Assembly (NCBI RefSeq): GCF_009914755.1
Contig: NC_060930.1
Strand: one strand, 5' to 3'
Source of the DNA: the human T2T-CHM13v2.0 reference genome, Homo sapiens
Length of the DNA: 64,000 bases
The notes under the pieces were generated by a model that was not told the origin of the DNA, made no database searches, and saw only the letters and a program-made list of their open reading frames with translations. Both the position numbers and the translations under genes were made by a program. This document shows positions 37,195 through 53,800 of this stretch, piece after piece; positions within the stretch are counted from its first letter, which is position 1, and the number at the start of each line of letters is the position of its first letter.

Positions 37195-37522
37195 TCGTAC
37201 TAATCAATAGAAATATAATAAGAGCTACAAATTCAAGATGAAGGCAAATATATTATTTTTTTCTAGTAACCAAATTAAGCAAAATAAAAGGGAACAGGAG
37301 AAAATACTTTTAATAATATGTTTTATTTAATGCAATATATCCAACTGTTATCATTTAAGCATATAATAATTTAAAAATTATTAGTGAGATATTTTACATT
37401 TTTTTCTTATACTAAATATTGTAAATCTAACAGTGTTTTATATTCATAATACACCTCAATTCAGAGTAGTCACATTTCAAGAGTTCGAAAGCTACATGTG
37501 GCTGTGGCTACCAGTACAGGTC
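37195..37522. mobile_element. MER33-like (hAT-Charlie)
   Basis: AATAGAAATATAAT...CACATTTCAAG...GCTACATGTGGCT. Confidence 0.65.
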
Positions 37523-39006
37523 TAAAGGCCAGAAGCAACTTCACACAAGGTATATAATAAATGTTTATTGAATAAATAAGTGAAAGAACAAATGAATTAA
37601 TAATAAATCTATTCACAGAAATGGCAAATTTCTTCCTTCAAGTGTTTACAATATTCTGTTTCCAAGTTCTACTCTGGAAACATGTATAAATAGAGTATGC
37701 GTTGCTTGATTTGGGAAGAAATGGATATTGTAAATAATAAGACAATACTGTATCACATCTCAAATATCATTTAATTTTTCACTCATCCTTTTTCTATAAA
37801 TATTCCAAGGTAATGATGGAAAAAATAATAACTATGAGTTTTATACGTGAAGGCATTTATGCAACTAGAAGTTTTTTTTGCCAATTAGGTATTGTTTTCA
37901 TCCATTAAAAATGTTTTTCTTAAAGTATAATACTACAATTTTCACACACTGTCTGCAACAGGATTATTTTAAGTATCTAATTTTCTTTTGTTTCTTTCAC
38001 TTCATCACTGGTGTCTATGTTGAGTACAGGTGATGGCATTTGGCATTATTTATTCACTACAAAATGTCAGGGCAGTAATAGCCGGGTCTTTCAGCTAGGA
38101 ACAGTAAGACACTTAGACTTACTGTGCATTGTGTGGCTTCAGAATACTTCTTTCTTCTATTATTGTTCTTCCTTCATCCAGTGTGTTAAACTAAGGAAAA
38201 AAGAAGTTTTTTTTTTCTATTTACCACGTAGTCAGGATGTGTCTATCTAACTTTCTACGTACACTGTGAATTCATGCAGCTGTAGAGCTGATCTCCTCTG
38301 GTACAATCTATTGTGGAAGTCTCAAAAGCTGTCATTGCTTAGTCAGATCAACTAAATACCCATTAAAACATCCAACAGTCCAGAGGACTTATGAAAATAT
38401 TTATCTGTTATTCTGTATATGTCATATATAGTTTCATTTGACATCTTTATAAATCCAAGTAAAAAGGAATTAGAGAACTAAAATATACTTTAAAACAGGC
38501 AAGAGATTACATTTTAGCTCCAGTTGTATGATAGCAAAAGAATACATCTTTCATTCCTTTTCCCCTCACAATTAGATTTCTTGATAGAGACATAAAAATG
38601 TTTTTGATTTTACTCTTGAATTTTTTTGGCAAGCTTAACAAAGGCCAAATCAATGCTAAATCAGAGGTATTTACAACATCCACAAATTTAATCCAAAGTG
38701 GATACTTAAAACCTCATATAGATCTAAATGATATTCTCCCAGATGGTGAATTAATGTAATTTTAGCAGGAAGCAAAGTTGCACAAATATGCAGTATTGAG
38801 GACTCGCGCTGATTTAATGTATCTGTGCCCACCACGGCACAGATGTTGCTTATCATTTTAGTGCCAGTTGTCTCTATTTCTCTCTATACTACAAAAGGAA
38901 GAATGAGATTTGGAGGTTCAGTAAATTATGATTTATTTTGTTACTAATGACTTGTTAGAAATTAAAGCTTTCTGTGAACTGTGTATTGGTTATATTCTTT
39001 CTACAG

Positions 39007-39060
39007 GGTTTGAAAGGTGACTTGGGTCCTCATGGTCCACCTGGCCCAAAAGGAGAAAAG
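39007..39060 (+). CDS. COL19A1: Collagen XIX alpha-1 coding exon, 54 bp (GLKGDLGPHGPPGPKGEK)
   Basis: ttctttctacAG acceptor, GT donor at 39061; six perfect Gly-X-Y triplets. Confidence 0.93.
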
Positions 39061-40665
39061 GTATTGTGTTTACCCAGCCAAGCCCAACCTTTCTTTAAGA
39101 AAACTCTGACAACCTATGCAGTGACTTCTCATTGATACTGTTTATCTCCTAAAAGCATTCTAAAATTAACCAAAAGCTGTTACCTTAATAGCATCTGAAT
39201 AAGAACAGCCTTTTTGTTCATTTAATTAGTTTGAAAAGACTAAATGCACAATTGCTAGTTGACATTAGCTTGTATTTATAAGATTTCCCTTTTCTCACCC
39301 TTGCTTAACAGCATGAGGTATTCAATCATCAAATTAGCAAGTGTGACCTGTATTGGAAAACTTTGCCAATAACACTGAGCTGCTGCCATAATGGTGAGGC
39401 AAGTGGCTTTTGGAAAGAAGCTAGTTTTGTATCTCAGTCTTAATTTAACTATTCCATTTTCTGCCACTTTTTCTCATAAAATAAGTTATTTCATAATGAC
39501 ATGTTGGCAATGATCTTGAAAAGGAAATTAAGAAATAGGAAAAAGCAAGGGTTGTTTTGAATAAAGTAGTTGGGTGATCCCAGTTTGATGAAAATTGTAT
39601 GTATATGTGTTTTGCAATGCATTTTGTTCTCCATTTTTAGCACATTTAGAAATCCTTGTCTATCTTCAATATTTATCTCTGTGTTAAAGGTGATCCTGCA
39701 AATGAGTCCCCAGTGACTGATTTAAGCCACTTCAGTGTTCCCTTAGCAACTGTTGGCTATTTTAATTCAATTGTTCCAAAAAACAATGAATACACAATGC
39801 TAAGTTTTAACTTCTGAGGTGGCTATATTGGTTGAGAAAAGAGAAAGTCCTAAAGATACTCAATGTGAGACTACAGCATCCTGGTACCCCACGCTATACA
39901 GTACAGGGCTTCCATAATGTGCAGCTAAATAAGAACCGTGGAAAGGATGCGTGGTCTTTAATGTTTGAGAGTTCTTAAGAAATAAATAAAGTTCCTGGGA
40001 AAGTAAACATGAAGGTGACATAGAAATTGGAAAATAGTGAACTTTTAGATGAACCATTTTTTAAAGATGTTGAATAGTTTGTTGATATATCCACCTGGAA
40101 ATTTGTATTCACATAGATCAGCAAAGCAATTTTAGCGTTCAGAAATACATAAATATAGGCAAAGCCTCTTACAGTTGATGGCAAATGCAATGCCAATTCA
40201 GCAGAGCTTTAGAAGAGGCCATGGGACTGCTTCTTGCAGCTGGGAAGCATGAAATGGGGAGATCCACTTATTATTTCTGCTGATCTTCATACTAACTTTG
40301 TCAGACAAATTATCTATCGCCGTGACACTTCCCAGCTGCTTCATTGGCAAGTAAACATACTTGAAAATATATTATTTCTAATTTTGGATTAGTAGACAAA
40401 AGAATAGAAAATTAGATTATTTTCGCTTTCAAAACAAGTCCTGCTGTTGCAAAAAGCATAGAGTATACAAGGTGATTTTTATATCATGAAAGCTAAAAGG
40501 GACATGATATATTTTCTTTATGCAGAGACTTTTATCAGGATGAAGTTCTATTTTTCTATTCTTCAAGATTTATCTCTATATATTGCTTCTATCCACCTAG
40601 AAATTTATAAATAATGTGCAAAAAGGGACTAGTGGTAATTGTAGCTTTTCTTTAATCTATTTTAG

Positions 40666-40701
40666 GGAGATACAGGACCCCCAGGACCACCAGCCTTACC
40701 T
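40666..40701 (+). CDS. COL19A1: Collagen XIX alpha-1 coding exon, 36 bp (GDTGPPGPPALP)
   Basis: ctattttAG acceptor, GTAAGT donor at 40702; phase 0, in frame with the previous exon. Confidence 0.92.
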
Positions 40702-41827
40702 GTAAGTATTCTTGAAATCAAAATTCAAAATTGAAATCCATTATTCTGTTTATTATCCATATTACATCATGACTAAACCAGAATTTAAGTCACAGAGTTA
40801 AGAATTGAAGGTGACTTCGAGTACATGTAGTCAAACCTCCACATTTTAAAGATGGGGCATCTGCCCACAACAGTGAAATATCTGACCCAAGGTCATACAG
40901 GTAGTTACAATTAAAGTCTGGAATCAGTACCTACCCTGAGCAATTTCCTCTATCCTCCATATGGCTCATAATTTTGTCTCCTAAATGTTTGATTATGCAC
41001 TCTTAACATCAGGTTTAATGTAAATGGAATCAGATACAGTCCTACTTGCTTTAAAAACTGTAAAAGGACAAAACAAACTCTAATCACCCAGTGAATAAAA
41101 ACAGCTACCTATTTAAACTGGTAATTACATTCTCCCAACACTTTCCAAAATCATTGTTATTTTCCTCTATGATTTGATTCTAAAATTTGCAGATGATAAA
41201 ATTGCAATATTTTAGTGACAGATTTATGAGAAAAGTTTATAGTGTGCACATAATGAGATTGTTCTCAATCAAATGGTACATCATGTATTAAGCACTTTAT
41301 AATAAATATATGATTCTCTTATATTCAGATACAATTTACTATTACAGACTTTTTTCATAGGTGATTAAAGATTCTTATTTAACTTAAATAAGACTCTAAG
41401 CCTAATGGAAAAGAGGACAGTTTTGTTTTGTTTTTTTTAAAAAAGATCTTCTATAGCCTGAAGTCTTTTGAATTTTATGTTGATGTTACCTAGTGAGATA
41501 AATTAAGCATTTAAATCAGTAGTATTCGAAGACCTATTCTGATTATAGAAGGTCAGATTTTTAAAAGTATTCTAGTAATCTGAATGGAGCCCTTCCCATA
41601 GGTAGAACATAGGAATCTCAAAAACTGTGTGATTTTGATAATATTTATATTTATCTTTGTACTTAAAAATCCCATTATGAAAAATACATTAATAATGTCT
41701 TACACAAATAATTGTTACAACTCCCACATAAACAAATGTTTTTTGATATGTGGAAAACCTAAGGAACTAAATAGATAACTTACTTGGGGATAACTCATTC
41801 AATTTGCAGTGGAAGTTTATGCTTTAA

Positions 41828-42217
<390 letters not shown>

Positions 42218-42979
42218 TTACACTTTGTAGAATTAAAAAAAAAAAATTATTTAGCAGTGATTTAGTTAAACCTGCTCTTTTTACTTAGGACAGATGCCTG
42301 TTTCTCTTTAACTAAGTTACATGCAGTCATTTAGTTAAACCTGCTCATTTTATGTAAGACACATGCCTGTTTTTCTTCAACTAAGTTATATATTCAACTA
42401 CTCAGTTATCTGATTTCATTGTCATTTTCAACTCATGTTGGAAGACTGATATGCAATCTACATATATTATTTCGCCTGAAATACAATTTTGGCTTCTCAA
42501 TCAGAAAATTGTATTGGATTACATATATTTTGTGGATGTTTAATAGCAGCTAGCTTCTTTCTGCCAAGGAACACCTTGAAGATACCTCTCTGCACCAATT
42601 CATCTGTCAAGCACTTAGAGATTACAAGCTAATTTCATACTTGTCTAAAAATACGACAAGGAAAAAACACTATGAAATGAAATGTTTTATTTCATAAAGT
42701 AAAATATTCATATTATTGGGGTATTACTATTTTGTATGCTTGACATTACTTTCTTTATTAATATAAATTATCAACTCTTCCCTACAAAATAGGGATAAAC
42801 TAAAATGAATACCAACTTACAATACACTAAATATTTAATTGATCTTATAATACAGGTTGGTACATTATTAGTTGAAATAATTTATAATAGTCTTTGAGGA
42901 AGCCCAAATGACTAACTGCGTTATATTTGGATTAAATGAGGCAGTGATATATTGGAGTCAATAAACAGAGTTCATCCAT

Positions 42980-44010
<1,031 letters not shown>

Positions 44011-44456
44011 CTCTGAAAGCATGTCTAATACTTTTCTTTACAGCTTTCTCTTACAGATCTTGAGCAAACATTTTGGAATTACTCATTACACTAGTATTTA
44101 TATCAAAAACACCCAACCTGATTACTTTCAGGAGCTTCCAGGAGAGGCCAGCCTTCCTAGTCATACCTACAATTTGCTTCCTGATTACTTCATTATAGAG
44201 GATAGATGAACGTCCATCTCCACATTTACAAGCTACTAGCAAGTCCAACAGTAATCCTTCTTGAGAAGGACAACAAGCATTGACAACTTCAGGACACAGA
44301 ATTCCAGAAATTCTCAAAGCACACACAGCTGAACTGCCCAGAATAACTAAGGGCGAAGAGCTGAACACTTTTTCCCCCTCTAAGCCATACATTCTATATT
44401 TGCTTTACTTTTATTCATATTTTGTTTAATAAGAAATTAAGAGAAATAGTAATTGA

Positions 44457-44826
<370 letters not shown>

Positions 44827-46530
44827 TGGGATTATGTTTATTGCTGTTATTTTTGTGTCCCTGTGGATTCTTGTGCTTTTGGTACTTAAATTTTTTTTAA
44901 TCACATAGAACCAGTTCATCAAAAAAAATCTGATATGTAAAACCATCTATTTCATTAAATGTTACTTTTGTTGCTTATTTATACTTTCTTTTATAACTCG
45001 TTGAGTCTGTATATAATTGGGTCTCAGTGGAAGAGAGAGAATAAAGAAGTGAGGGTGACCAAGTTTAAAAAGGAGTAGGAAAGGTAAAATTGAGGAAATG
45101 GCGTGAAACACAGACTGGAGTCCTAGAAACAGTTTGATTTGCTAGGTTCAGCTACAATAGCTTTTACCCTTTATTTCACCTCTCCCTTCCTATCACCTGA
45201 AAGTATTCTTACTGCCAGTGACCAGTGCTTCCTCACTCTCTAATATATAAGAAACCTATTAATAAGAAAGCCAACCAAAATGGTGCTGCAGTTTCAAATG
45301 CAGTTTGCAATATACCCCTTTATTATTTCAGGAAATGGGACCCCATTCAAAATTCCACAGTTGAATCCCTTTGATAACGTTTGAATCCTTCTATAGATTC
45401 ATGTTCACGGGTCATATGGAAAATACTCCAATGTGACTGCCTTGGAGAAAAGAAAAGGAAAAAAAATAATAAGAGAAATCTGAGGCCTGTAAAAATGTCA
45501 TGGAGATTAAAGTGATATTTATGGCATTAATTGTCACTTACATCCTTTAACCTTTAAATATTCTGTCAATCTACTTGACTTGATAAAAATAGAATTATAC
45601 TTTTTGATATGACGTTAATAAACTTGCAAATCTTATTTTGTAGACTTTCCAGATTATTCTAACAATAAAAGATATTGAAATTCAAGAACAAATTTGTGAA
45701 TCTGTAAGTGGAACATCTGGAAACTATTTTGTAAAACAGTGTCCAAGAGGCTTCCCTTAATACTTTTTTTAAACAAAATTTCATATAGAGATACGGAAAA
45801 AAAGAAATGAAACACTTTCAGCCCAGAAGGTGGGAATGTGGTTGAATTACACACACAAAAAAGAAAGACTAAAAATCCATGGTTGCCACCATAAACCCAC
45901 CTTCATGTATCTCTTGCTAGGAATATTTTCAGCAAATACAGCTAGTTGAAAATAAAAAATTTAATGAAATATCTGATTTCTTTTCAGCCACTTTTTGGAA
46001 GATACCAAATTCACTAATTAGTTTGGTACTAACAACTATTTTGTTAACACAATAAGCCATTATAGAAACTTATAATAATTTTAAAGTTCTAAAGAAATAA
46101 ATATGAGATTCTTCAACTTGATTTAAATTAATTAACTGATTATTCCACCCTTATCCTTTTTATATTTCAAACTGATAACCATTTTAAAAATAGCACATCT
46201 TGTTAGATTTTAAGTAATAATAATATAAATAATAAATGGTAGACATTTATTCAGTGCTATGTATTGTTTAAACCAAACCTTAAACAACCCTGTGAGGTAT
46301 AAAATGATTATTACTACATCGTACATAAGGGAACTGAGGATGGGAATATCTAAGTAAATTGTCCAAGGTTCACAGATGTTACATAACAGAGCTAATATTC
46401 AACTGCCCATTTGGCTGACTCTTAAAACCTAAGCTATTAAATTCTGCAAGCATTATTTAAATCTAGTTTAAAAAATTATAAAAAAAACAGAAATGTTCTA
46501 AACTATTGCAAAAATTAAAATTTTTAAATC

Positions 46531-46850
46531 AGGTCAGGCATGGTGGCTCATACCTCTAATCCCAGCACTTTGGGAGGCCAAGGCAGGCAGATCACTTGAG
46601 GTGAGGAGTTTGAGACCAGCCTGGTCAACATGGCAAAACCTCATCTCTACTACAAATAAAAAAATAAAAGTAAAAAAAAAATAGCCGGATTTGGTGATGG
46701 ATGCCTGTAATCCCAGCTACTCAGGGAGGCTAAGTGGGAGAATTGCCTAAACCCAGGAGGAGGTTGCAGTGAGCTGAGATTGCACCGCTGCACTCCAGCC
46801 TAGGTGACATAGCAAGACTCTGTCTCAAATAAAATAAAATAAAATAAAAT
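46531..46850 (+). mobile_element. AluS element with (TAAAA)n tail
   Basis: Full dimer. Confidence 0.9.
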
Positions 46851-47038
46851 TTTATCTTGAAGCCAAAATTCAGAAAAATTCAAGTGCCTAGCAGAGATGG
46901 GGTGGAAATGTAAATGTGCGATGCAGCCCAGTGTAAGATAATAGAGTGTGCTTGGGGTTAGGGACCAGGATAGCTATGTTTATCTCAAAGTATCAAATTC
47001 GAATTAAAAACTACTTAGAGATTGCCTAATGCAGAATA

Positions 47039-49440
47039 TAGGCATACTTTGGAGATATTACAGGTTCGGTTCCGTACCACTGCAATAAAGCAAGTCACCA
47101 ATTTTTTTTGCTTTTCCAATGTATATAAAAGTTATGTTTATATTATACCATGTCCTATAAAATGTGCAATTTATATTATGCAAAAACAATTTTACACATT
47201 TTAATTAAAAAATACTTTATTGCTAAAAAATGCTAATGATCATCTGAGCCTTCAGTGAGTTGTAATCTTTTTGCTGTGGAGGGTCTTGCCTCCATATTGA
47301 TGGCTGCTATCTGATCAGGGTGGTGGTTATTGAAGGTTGGGGTGGCTGTGGTAATTTCCTAAAATAAGACAAAAATGAAGTTTGCCACCTTAATTGACTT
47401 TTCCTTTCATGAAAGATTTCTCTGTAGCATGTGATGCTGTTTAGTAGCATTTTACCCACAGAACTTCTTTTGAAATTGGAGTCAATCCTCTCAAATGCTG
47501 CTGTTACTTTATCAACTAAATATATATAATATTTCAAATCTTCCTTGTCATTTCAACAATGTTTGCAGCATTTTCACCAGGAGTAGATTTCATCTCAGAA
47601 AAACATTTTCTTTGTTCACCCATAAGAAGCAACTCCTCACTTATTCAAGCTTACCATGAGAGTGCAGCAATTCAGCCACATCTTCAGGCTTCACTTCTAA
47701 TTCTAGTTCTCTTGCTATTTCTACCACATCTGCAGTTACTTCCTCCAATTACATCTTAAACCCCTCAGAGTCATCCGTGGGGTTTGGAATCAACCTCTTC
47801 CAAATTCCTGTTAATGTTGAGATTTTGACCTCCTCTGTGAATCACAAATGCCTTTAATGGCATGTAGAATGTTGTTTTTCAATTTATTTTGCCCAGGTTC
47901 ATCAGAGGAAGCACTATCTATGCAGCTATAGCCTTACAAAATGTATTTCTTCTTCTTTTTTTTTTTTTTTTGAGAAGGAGTCTCGCTCTGTCGCCCAGAC
48001 TGGAGTGAAGTGGCGCGATCTCGGCTCACTGCAAGCTCCGCCTCTCGGGTTCACGCCATTCTCCTGCCTCAGCCTCTGGAGTAGCTGGGACTACAGGCGC
48101 CCACCACTATGCCTGGCTAATTTTTTTGTACTTTTAGTAGAGACAGGGTTTCACCATGTTAGCCAGGATGGTCTCGATCTCCTGACCTCGTGATCTGCCC
48201 GTCTCGGCCTCCCAAAGTGCTGGGATTACAGGCGTGAGCCACCGCGCCCGGCCACAAAATGTATTTCTTAAATAATAAGTCTTGAAAGTCAAAATTACTC
48301 CTTCACCCATGGGCTGAAGAATGGATATTGTGTTAGCAGGCATGAAAACGACATTCGTCTCCTTGTACATCACCATCAGAGCCCTTGGGTTACCAGATGC
48401 GTTGTCAATGAGCAGGAATATTTTGAAAGAAATATTTTTTTCTAAGCAGTGGTATCAACAGTGGGCTTCTTCAGTAAACCATGCTATAAGCAGATGTGCT
48501 GTCATCCAGGCTTTGTCATTCCGCTTATAGAGCACAGGCAGGGTAAATGTAGCATAACTCTTAAGGGCCCTAGGATTTTCAGAATGAGGATTGGCTTTAC
48601 CTTAAAGTCACAAACTGTATTATCCCCTAACTAGAGAGTTAGTCTTTCCTGTGAAGCTTTGAAGTCAGGCATTGACTTTTCCTCTCCAGCTATGAAAGTC
48701 TTAGATGGCATCTTAACTGCTTTGTTGACATTGAAAACTCGTTGCGTGGTGTGGTTACCTTCATTGAAGATCTTGGATAACTTGCTGCAGCTTCTAGATC
48801 AGCACTTAATGCTTCACTTTGTACTTTTATATTCTGGAGACGGCTTCTTTCCTTAAACATCATGAACCAACTTCTGCTAGCTTCAAACTTTTCTTCTGCA
48901 GCTTCCTCACCTCTCTCAGCCTTCACAGAATTAAGAGGCAAGGGCTTGCTCTGGATTAGGCTTTGATTTAAGGGAATGTTGTGGTTTAAGGGAATTTGTG
49001 GCTATTTGGGTCTTTTATCCAGATCTTTAAGTCTTTCTTCATATCAGCAATATGGCTGTTTTGCTTTCTTATCATTTGTGTATTCACTATAGTAGCACAT
49101 TTAATTTCCTTCAAGAAGTTTTTCTTTGCATTCACAAGTTGGTTGTTTGTCTGGAGGGACCTGGCTTTTGCATTCACAACTCGGCTGTTTGGCTGGAGGG
49201 ACCTAGCTTTTGGTGTATCTCAGCTTTCAGTACACTTTCCTCACTAAGTTTAATCATTTTTAGCTTTTAATTGAAAATGAGAGATGCGCAACTCTTCCTT
49301 TCATTCGAACACTTGAGGCCATTGTATGGTTATTAATTGACCTAATTTCAATATTGTTGTTCCTTAGGAAATAGGGTTGCCCAAGTAGAGGGAGAGAGAC
49401 AGAGAAATGGCTAGTCAGTGGAGCAGTCAGAACATACATT
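47039..49440 (-). mobile_element. Tigger1 (TcMar/pogo) DNA transposon, one end missing, transposase degenerate
   Basis: TIR-like AGGCATACTTTGGAGATATT...GGTTCGGTTCC; minus-strand peptides [24 protein letters not shown] and [15 protein letters not shown] match Tigger1 transposase. Confidence 0.92.
47952..48253 (-). mobile_element. AluY inserted in Tigger1
   Basis: GCAAGCTCCGCC...TTCACGCCATTC; perfect 16-bp TSD ACAAAATGTATTTCTT (47936-51, 48254-69). Confidence 0.95.
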
Positions 49441-50810
49441 CTCTCTCTCTTCCCTTTCTGAAATGCCAGTGGCAGATATGTTAGATTTTTGATAATGTCC
49501 CTCTTGTCCATAAAACTCTGTTCATTTTTTTCCCATCTAATTCCATCTTCTTGGGAATGGATCATTTCCAATAAGCCCTTATCAATCTTACTCTTGCTTT
49601 GTTAATTTCCATTCTGCTGTTAAGACTATCATGTGAATTTTTTAGTATAGATACTATATTTTTAAGCTAGTGAAGTTTATTTTATATTAAATAGTGTCTA
49701 TTTCTCTGCTGTTATTTCCTATCTTTTCATTCATTATGAGCATGTTTTCCTTCCTGTCCTTGGGAATACTTTTAATAGCTACTTTAAAATCTTTCCAGGC
49801 ACGGTGGCTCACACCTGTAATCCCAGCACTTTAGGAGGCCGAGGTGGGCGGATCACCTGAGGTTGGGAGTTTGAGACCAGCCTGACCAAAATGGAGAAAT
49901 GCCATCTCAACTAAAAATAGAAAAATTAGCCAGGCATGGTGGTGCATGCCTGTAACCCTAGCTACTTGGGAGGCTGAGGCAGGAGAATCACTTGAAACTG
50001 GGAGGTGGAGGTTGTGGTGAGCCAAAACATACCATGGCACTCCAGCCTGGGCAACAAGAGCGAGACTCTGTCTCAAAAAAAAAAAAAAAAAAAAAAACTT
50101 TCTCCGATCATTCTGTCATCTGAGTAATATCAAGTAGTTCTTTGTTGATTGTCTTTTCTCCTTAGAATGGGTTATGTTTTGGTGCTTACTTGTATGGCAA
50201 GTAATTTTTTATTGTATTTTGGATACTATGAATGGTAAGTTACAGGAACTCTGAATTCCATTTTTTCTGAAGAGCTTTAATATATTTTTAAGGCAGGCAG
50301 TTAAATTGGCTTGACTCGCATAGCAAACTCTGTTTCTCCTACAGCTGGCAACAGCTGAAATCCGTTTTGTTCTTTTAAGCTAAGCTGAGCTACTTGCAGT
50401 TTGCACTGTGTATGTTTGGTTAGGAGTCAGCCAGAGATTTGGGGAGAGCTTATACGCAGAATTTTGGACTTCCTTACTTATTTCAGGATTTGACAAACCA
50501 ACCCCACTTTACTTTACAGGAATTGCATTTGCCCTAAACTCTGTCCTCAGATTTTTCAATCCAGCAAGTCTGTAGGCTTTCTATTTAGCTAACCCATGAC
50601 CCAGACTTGAGCCTGTCCTCAGACTAAACATCTTAAAAACAGAAAACTGACTCCATGCTGTTTAATTTTTCCAAATGTTGACTCCCCTCCAGTATCTGCC
50701 TGCTTTTGATGAGTTTCCAGTGTCTTCAGGTAGTTGTTCTACATGTTGTTCAGTATTTATAGTTGCTATCTGTGAGCATGTTGATTTAATATAACTACTG
50801 GGCCATCCTG
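49440..50810 (-). mobile_element. Ancient L1M 5'/ORF1 fragment
   Basis: Minus-strand ORF1-like remnant (EKNEQSFMDKRDIIK). Confidence 0.55.
49794..50097 (+). mobile_element. AluSp/Sq-like element
   Basis: CACCTGAGGTTGGGAG...GGGCAACAAGAGCGA; long poly(A). Confidence 0.9.
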
Positions 50811-53800
50811 GAAGCCCATTTTTGTAATACAATGCTGAGTAACTTATAATTTACTTAGATATCTTGCTCCTGTAAACATAAGTGAGTTAGCCTTCACATT
50901 TCTTTACTTATTCTATTGACCTTGCCTTCAAAAAATATCTAGAATCTGACCAATTCTCACACCTCTGCTATTACTACTTGGTCCTAGTTACCATTATAAA
51001 TCTCTTGATTTTTTCAGTAGCCAATTAATGGTCTCCCTCCTTCTCCCCTTGCTCTTCTTGCGTGATTTACACAAGAAGCCAGAATGTTCCTTGTCACTCT
51101 TCTTTTCGGAATCTCCAGTGTTTCCCCAGGTAATTAAATAAAACCCAAATTCCATACAATGGCCTACAAAGTCTTACAGGATTCAACTCTCATTGCATTT
51201 CTGACTTCATCTCATTTTCTTCTCTTTCTTTCTGATTTTACTCCACAACAAAGTAATTTTTCCAGAAAATTATCCAATATTCAATTTTTTTTTAATGCAG
51301 AGTGCTGGCCAATTAGAATAAATGGATTGTTCTGATTCAGTGCACTGGTGCTGTTTGTATTTTCAGGCTTACAGTGAAGAATGAATGACTATTAAGTTTT
51401 AATTCCTGTGATTTGTCTAATGATTATGATACAAAGTTTAAATTAAAATGTCTTTAATCTATAGTTGTAGATTTTACCATGTCTTGCCTTATTCATTTTT
51501 TCATTTCTCAGCAACTTGTTAAACTCATAGATGGTAAAATTTAGCATTCTAATCATAAAAATGTGAAATAACTTGCTATAAATTTGAGACTTATGGTTTC
51601 AACAGCACAAATGAAGCCAAATACAGTCAAATAATGCAGTGATTCAGCTGAAATTCTCTAAGCAACTGGGTTATTAACAACAAAGAAAAATTCCCTTATA
51701 AATATGTTTTTCATATATATGTACCAACTTTTTGAAATTCCACGTTTTAAAAATATCACCAAATCACATTTTTTCAAAAGGTATTTGGGTTCTACCACAT
51801 CTGGAATGGCCATATTGCTAATATCATTGTCACGTATTGAGTTGCAGTAATGATGGATTAGAAAAGGCACTTTTGAATAACCTGTTAAAGAATAAAAATT
51901 CCTTTTCTAAATTATTTAAAATAAATATGTTAACAAAACTATATTCAGAATCAGCATTTTTTAAGATACTGTATTCTGATTGTGAGAAAACTAAATACTT
52001 AATGTCAAGATGACACTTAACCAGTGAGTTACTGATAAACTTAAATTATCTCTTCTGTTGATATTTGTAATTTACAAGGCAGATATACGTGAGCTAAAAC
52101 CAATGCTGAATAAGAAAAATGTGTTTATCATAATAAGTATACACATTTATTTGATCAAATATAATGTATCCAAGGTCATAATGAAAATCTGATAAATTAT
52201 TCTGAAATATGAAGATGTTGACATAAAAATCCTCTATTAAAGGTAAATATTTCATGGTTTAATCATGTTATTTGAAAAATTGCATTTTATATTAGCTTTT
52301 CCTCTCGTGTTGAAATATTAGTTGTAAATCATTACATTCAAATATTCAAGTACGATAAGCACAAATTCTTTGGTTATATGTCATCTGTTGTTAAAACCTT
52401 AATTTTATATAAATGTAGTGTGTCTTTATATGTAACTTCACAAATTGTGTATGTTCTATAACCTTCCTATTACATACTATTGCCAGATTCTCCTCAATTA
52501 AATAATATAATCCTGTTTTTACAGTAAAGTTTTACTGAAATACATTACTAAGGCTTCAGAAGCAAGACAGGGACTATGAGTGAAATGAGACAGTTGGCTA
52601 ACATCTCTATCTCCTTTTCTCTTCCAGTCTTTGCATGTCATGTCAGAGGAGAGACAGGTGAAGGAAGGTAGAACAGTGCTATTTCATGTAATATATCCAC
52701 TAATTTTAGTTCCTAGGAAAATGGCTGTGTTGCTCTGGCCATGTCTCTTTGGGAAGTTATTAAATACTCATCCAGATGGCACCAAATGTTTATGCAGAAG
52801 CCAAAGGTTAAGTCTGTCAACAGCAGAAGTGCCTTAGACATGCTTACTAAATGATACTTAAATACCAGTTCCTTGGAGCCCACATAAATCCAGCTTCAGT
52901 GAGAAATTACGCACAGAGAGGGTGCATAGCTTTTACTCTAAGAAAACTACCTTAAATACCATAAGCAACGGAGAGAAAATCTCAGCTGGTCATTTATAAA
53001 TCAAATGACATTCAATTAGCAGATGCCCCTAATGCACAAGAGATCATATAGTGTTCACATAAGGGAATTTTTGAAATAATTATTTTTCTAAGTTGGTATG
53101 TACAAGAAACAAAAATAACTGCTCAGTAAGTGATATGGTCCCTTTCCTCCCTTCCTCTTTTACCCACTCATTTAGTTGAATGCTTACTGTGTGCCAGATA
53201 CTGTGTTAAGCCCTGCAGACACAGTAACAAACAACAATCATTGTCGTTGCCTTCAGAAAACCTACGTGGTTTAAGAAAAAGCAACCAATTGGTTAAAGTT
53301 GATCATTTTTAAAATGATCGTTTGTGAATTGTGTATAAAAAGTTTACAAGTATTTGTACAACTGTAGTTGTTCATATTATACACAGACATCTAGTTATTT
53401 CAGAGAAAATTATTTTTTACCAGAATTCTTATGTTGTAATTTAAAGTTATTTACTTTTGGTTTGTTAAAATCAGTTAATTGGAATTAATATAATTCTAAT
53501 CCTTTTTAGAGACCAATCGTTTTTTAGTTCCATTTAATATATCAATATAAGGCATTACCACAAAGATTTTTAAATGCTTAGAATAGAATTGAATTAAACT
53601 AATTTTAATGTAGATTTATGACTGAAATAAATACGTGCTTTGCTGCATATAATTTTTCAAAGGCTTACCCATTTTATAATTTTCTGATGGCATTTAGAAA
53701 GGTTCTTGTTGTATGCCCAAAGAGCGTAATTCCTCTTTCCATTCTGACTAGAATTAATATGTTCTGTAGCATATATGTATTATAAATATTTATATGTACA

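Noticed and set aside
47039-49440. Tigger1 as a domesticated TIGD-type gene
   Set aside because: The transposase frame is fragmented and interrupted by an AluY.
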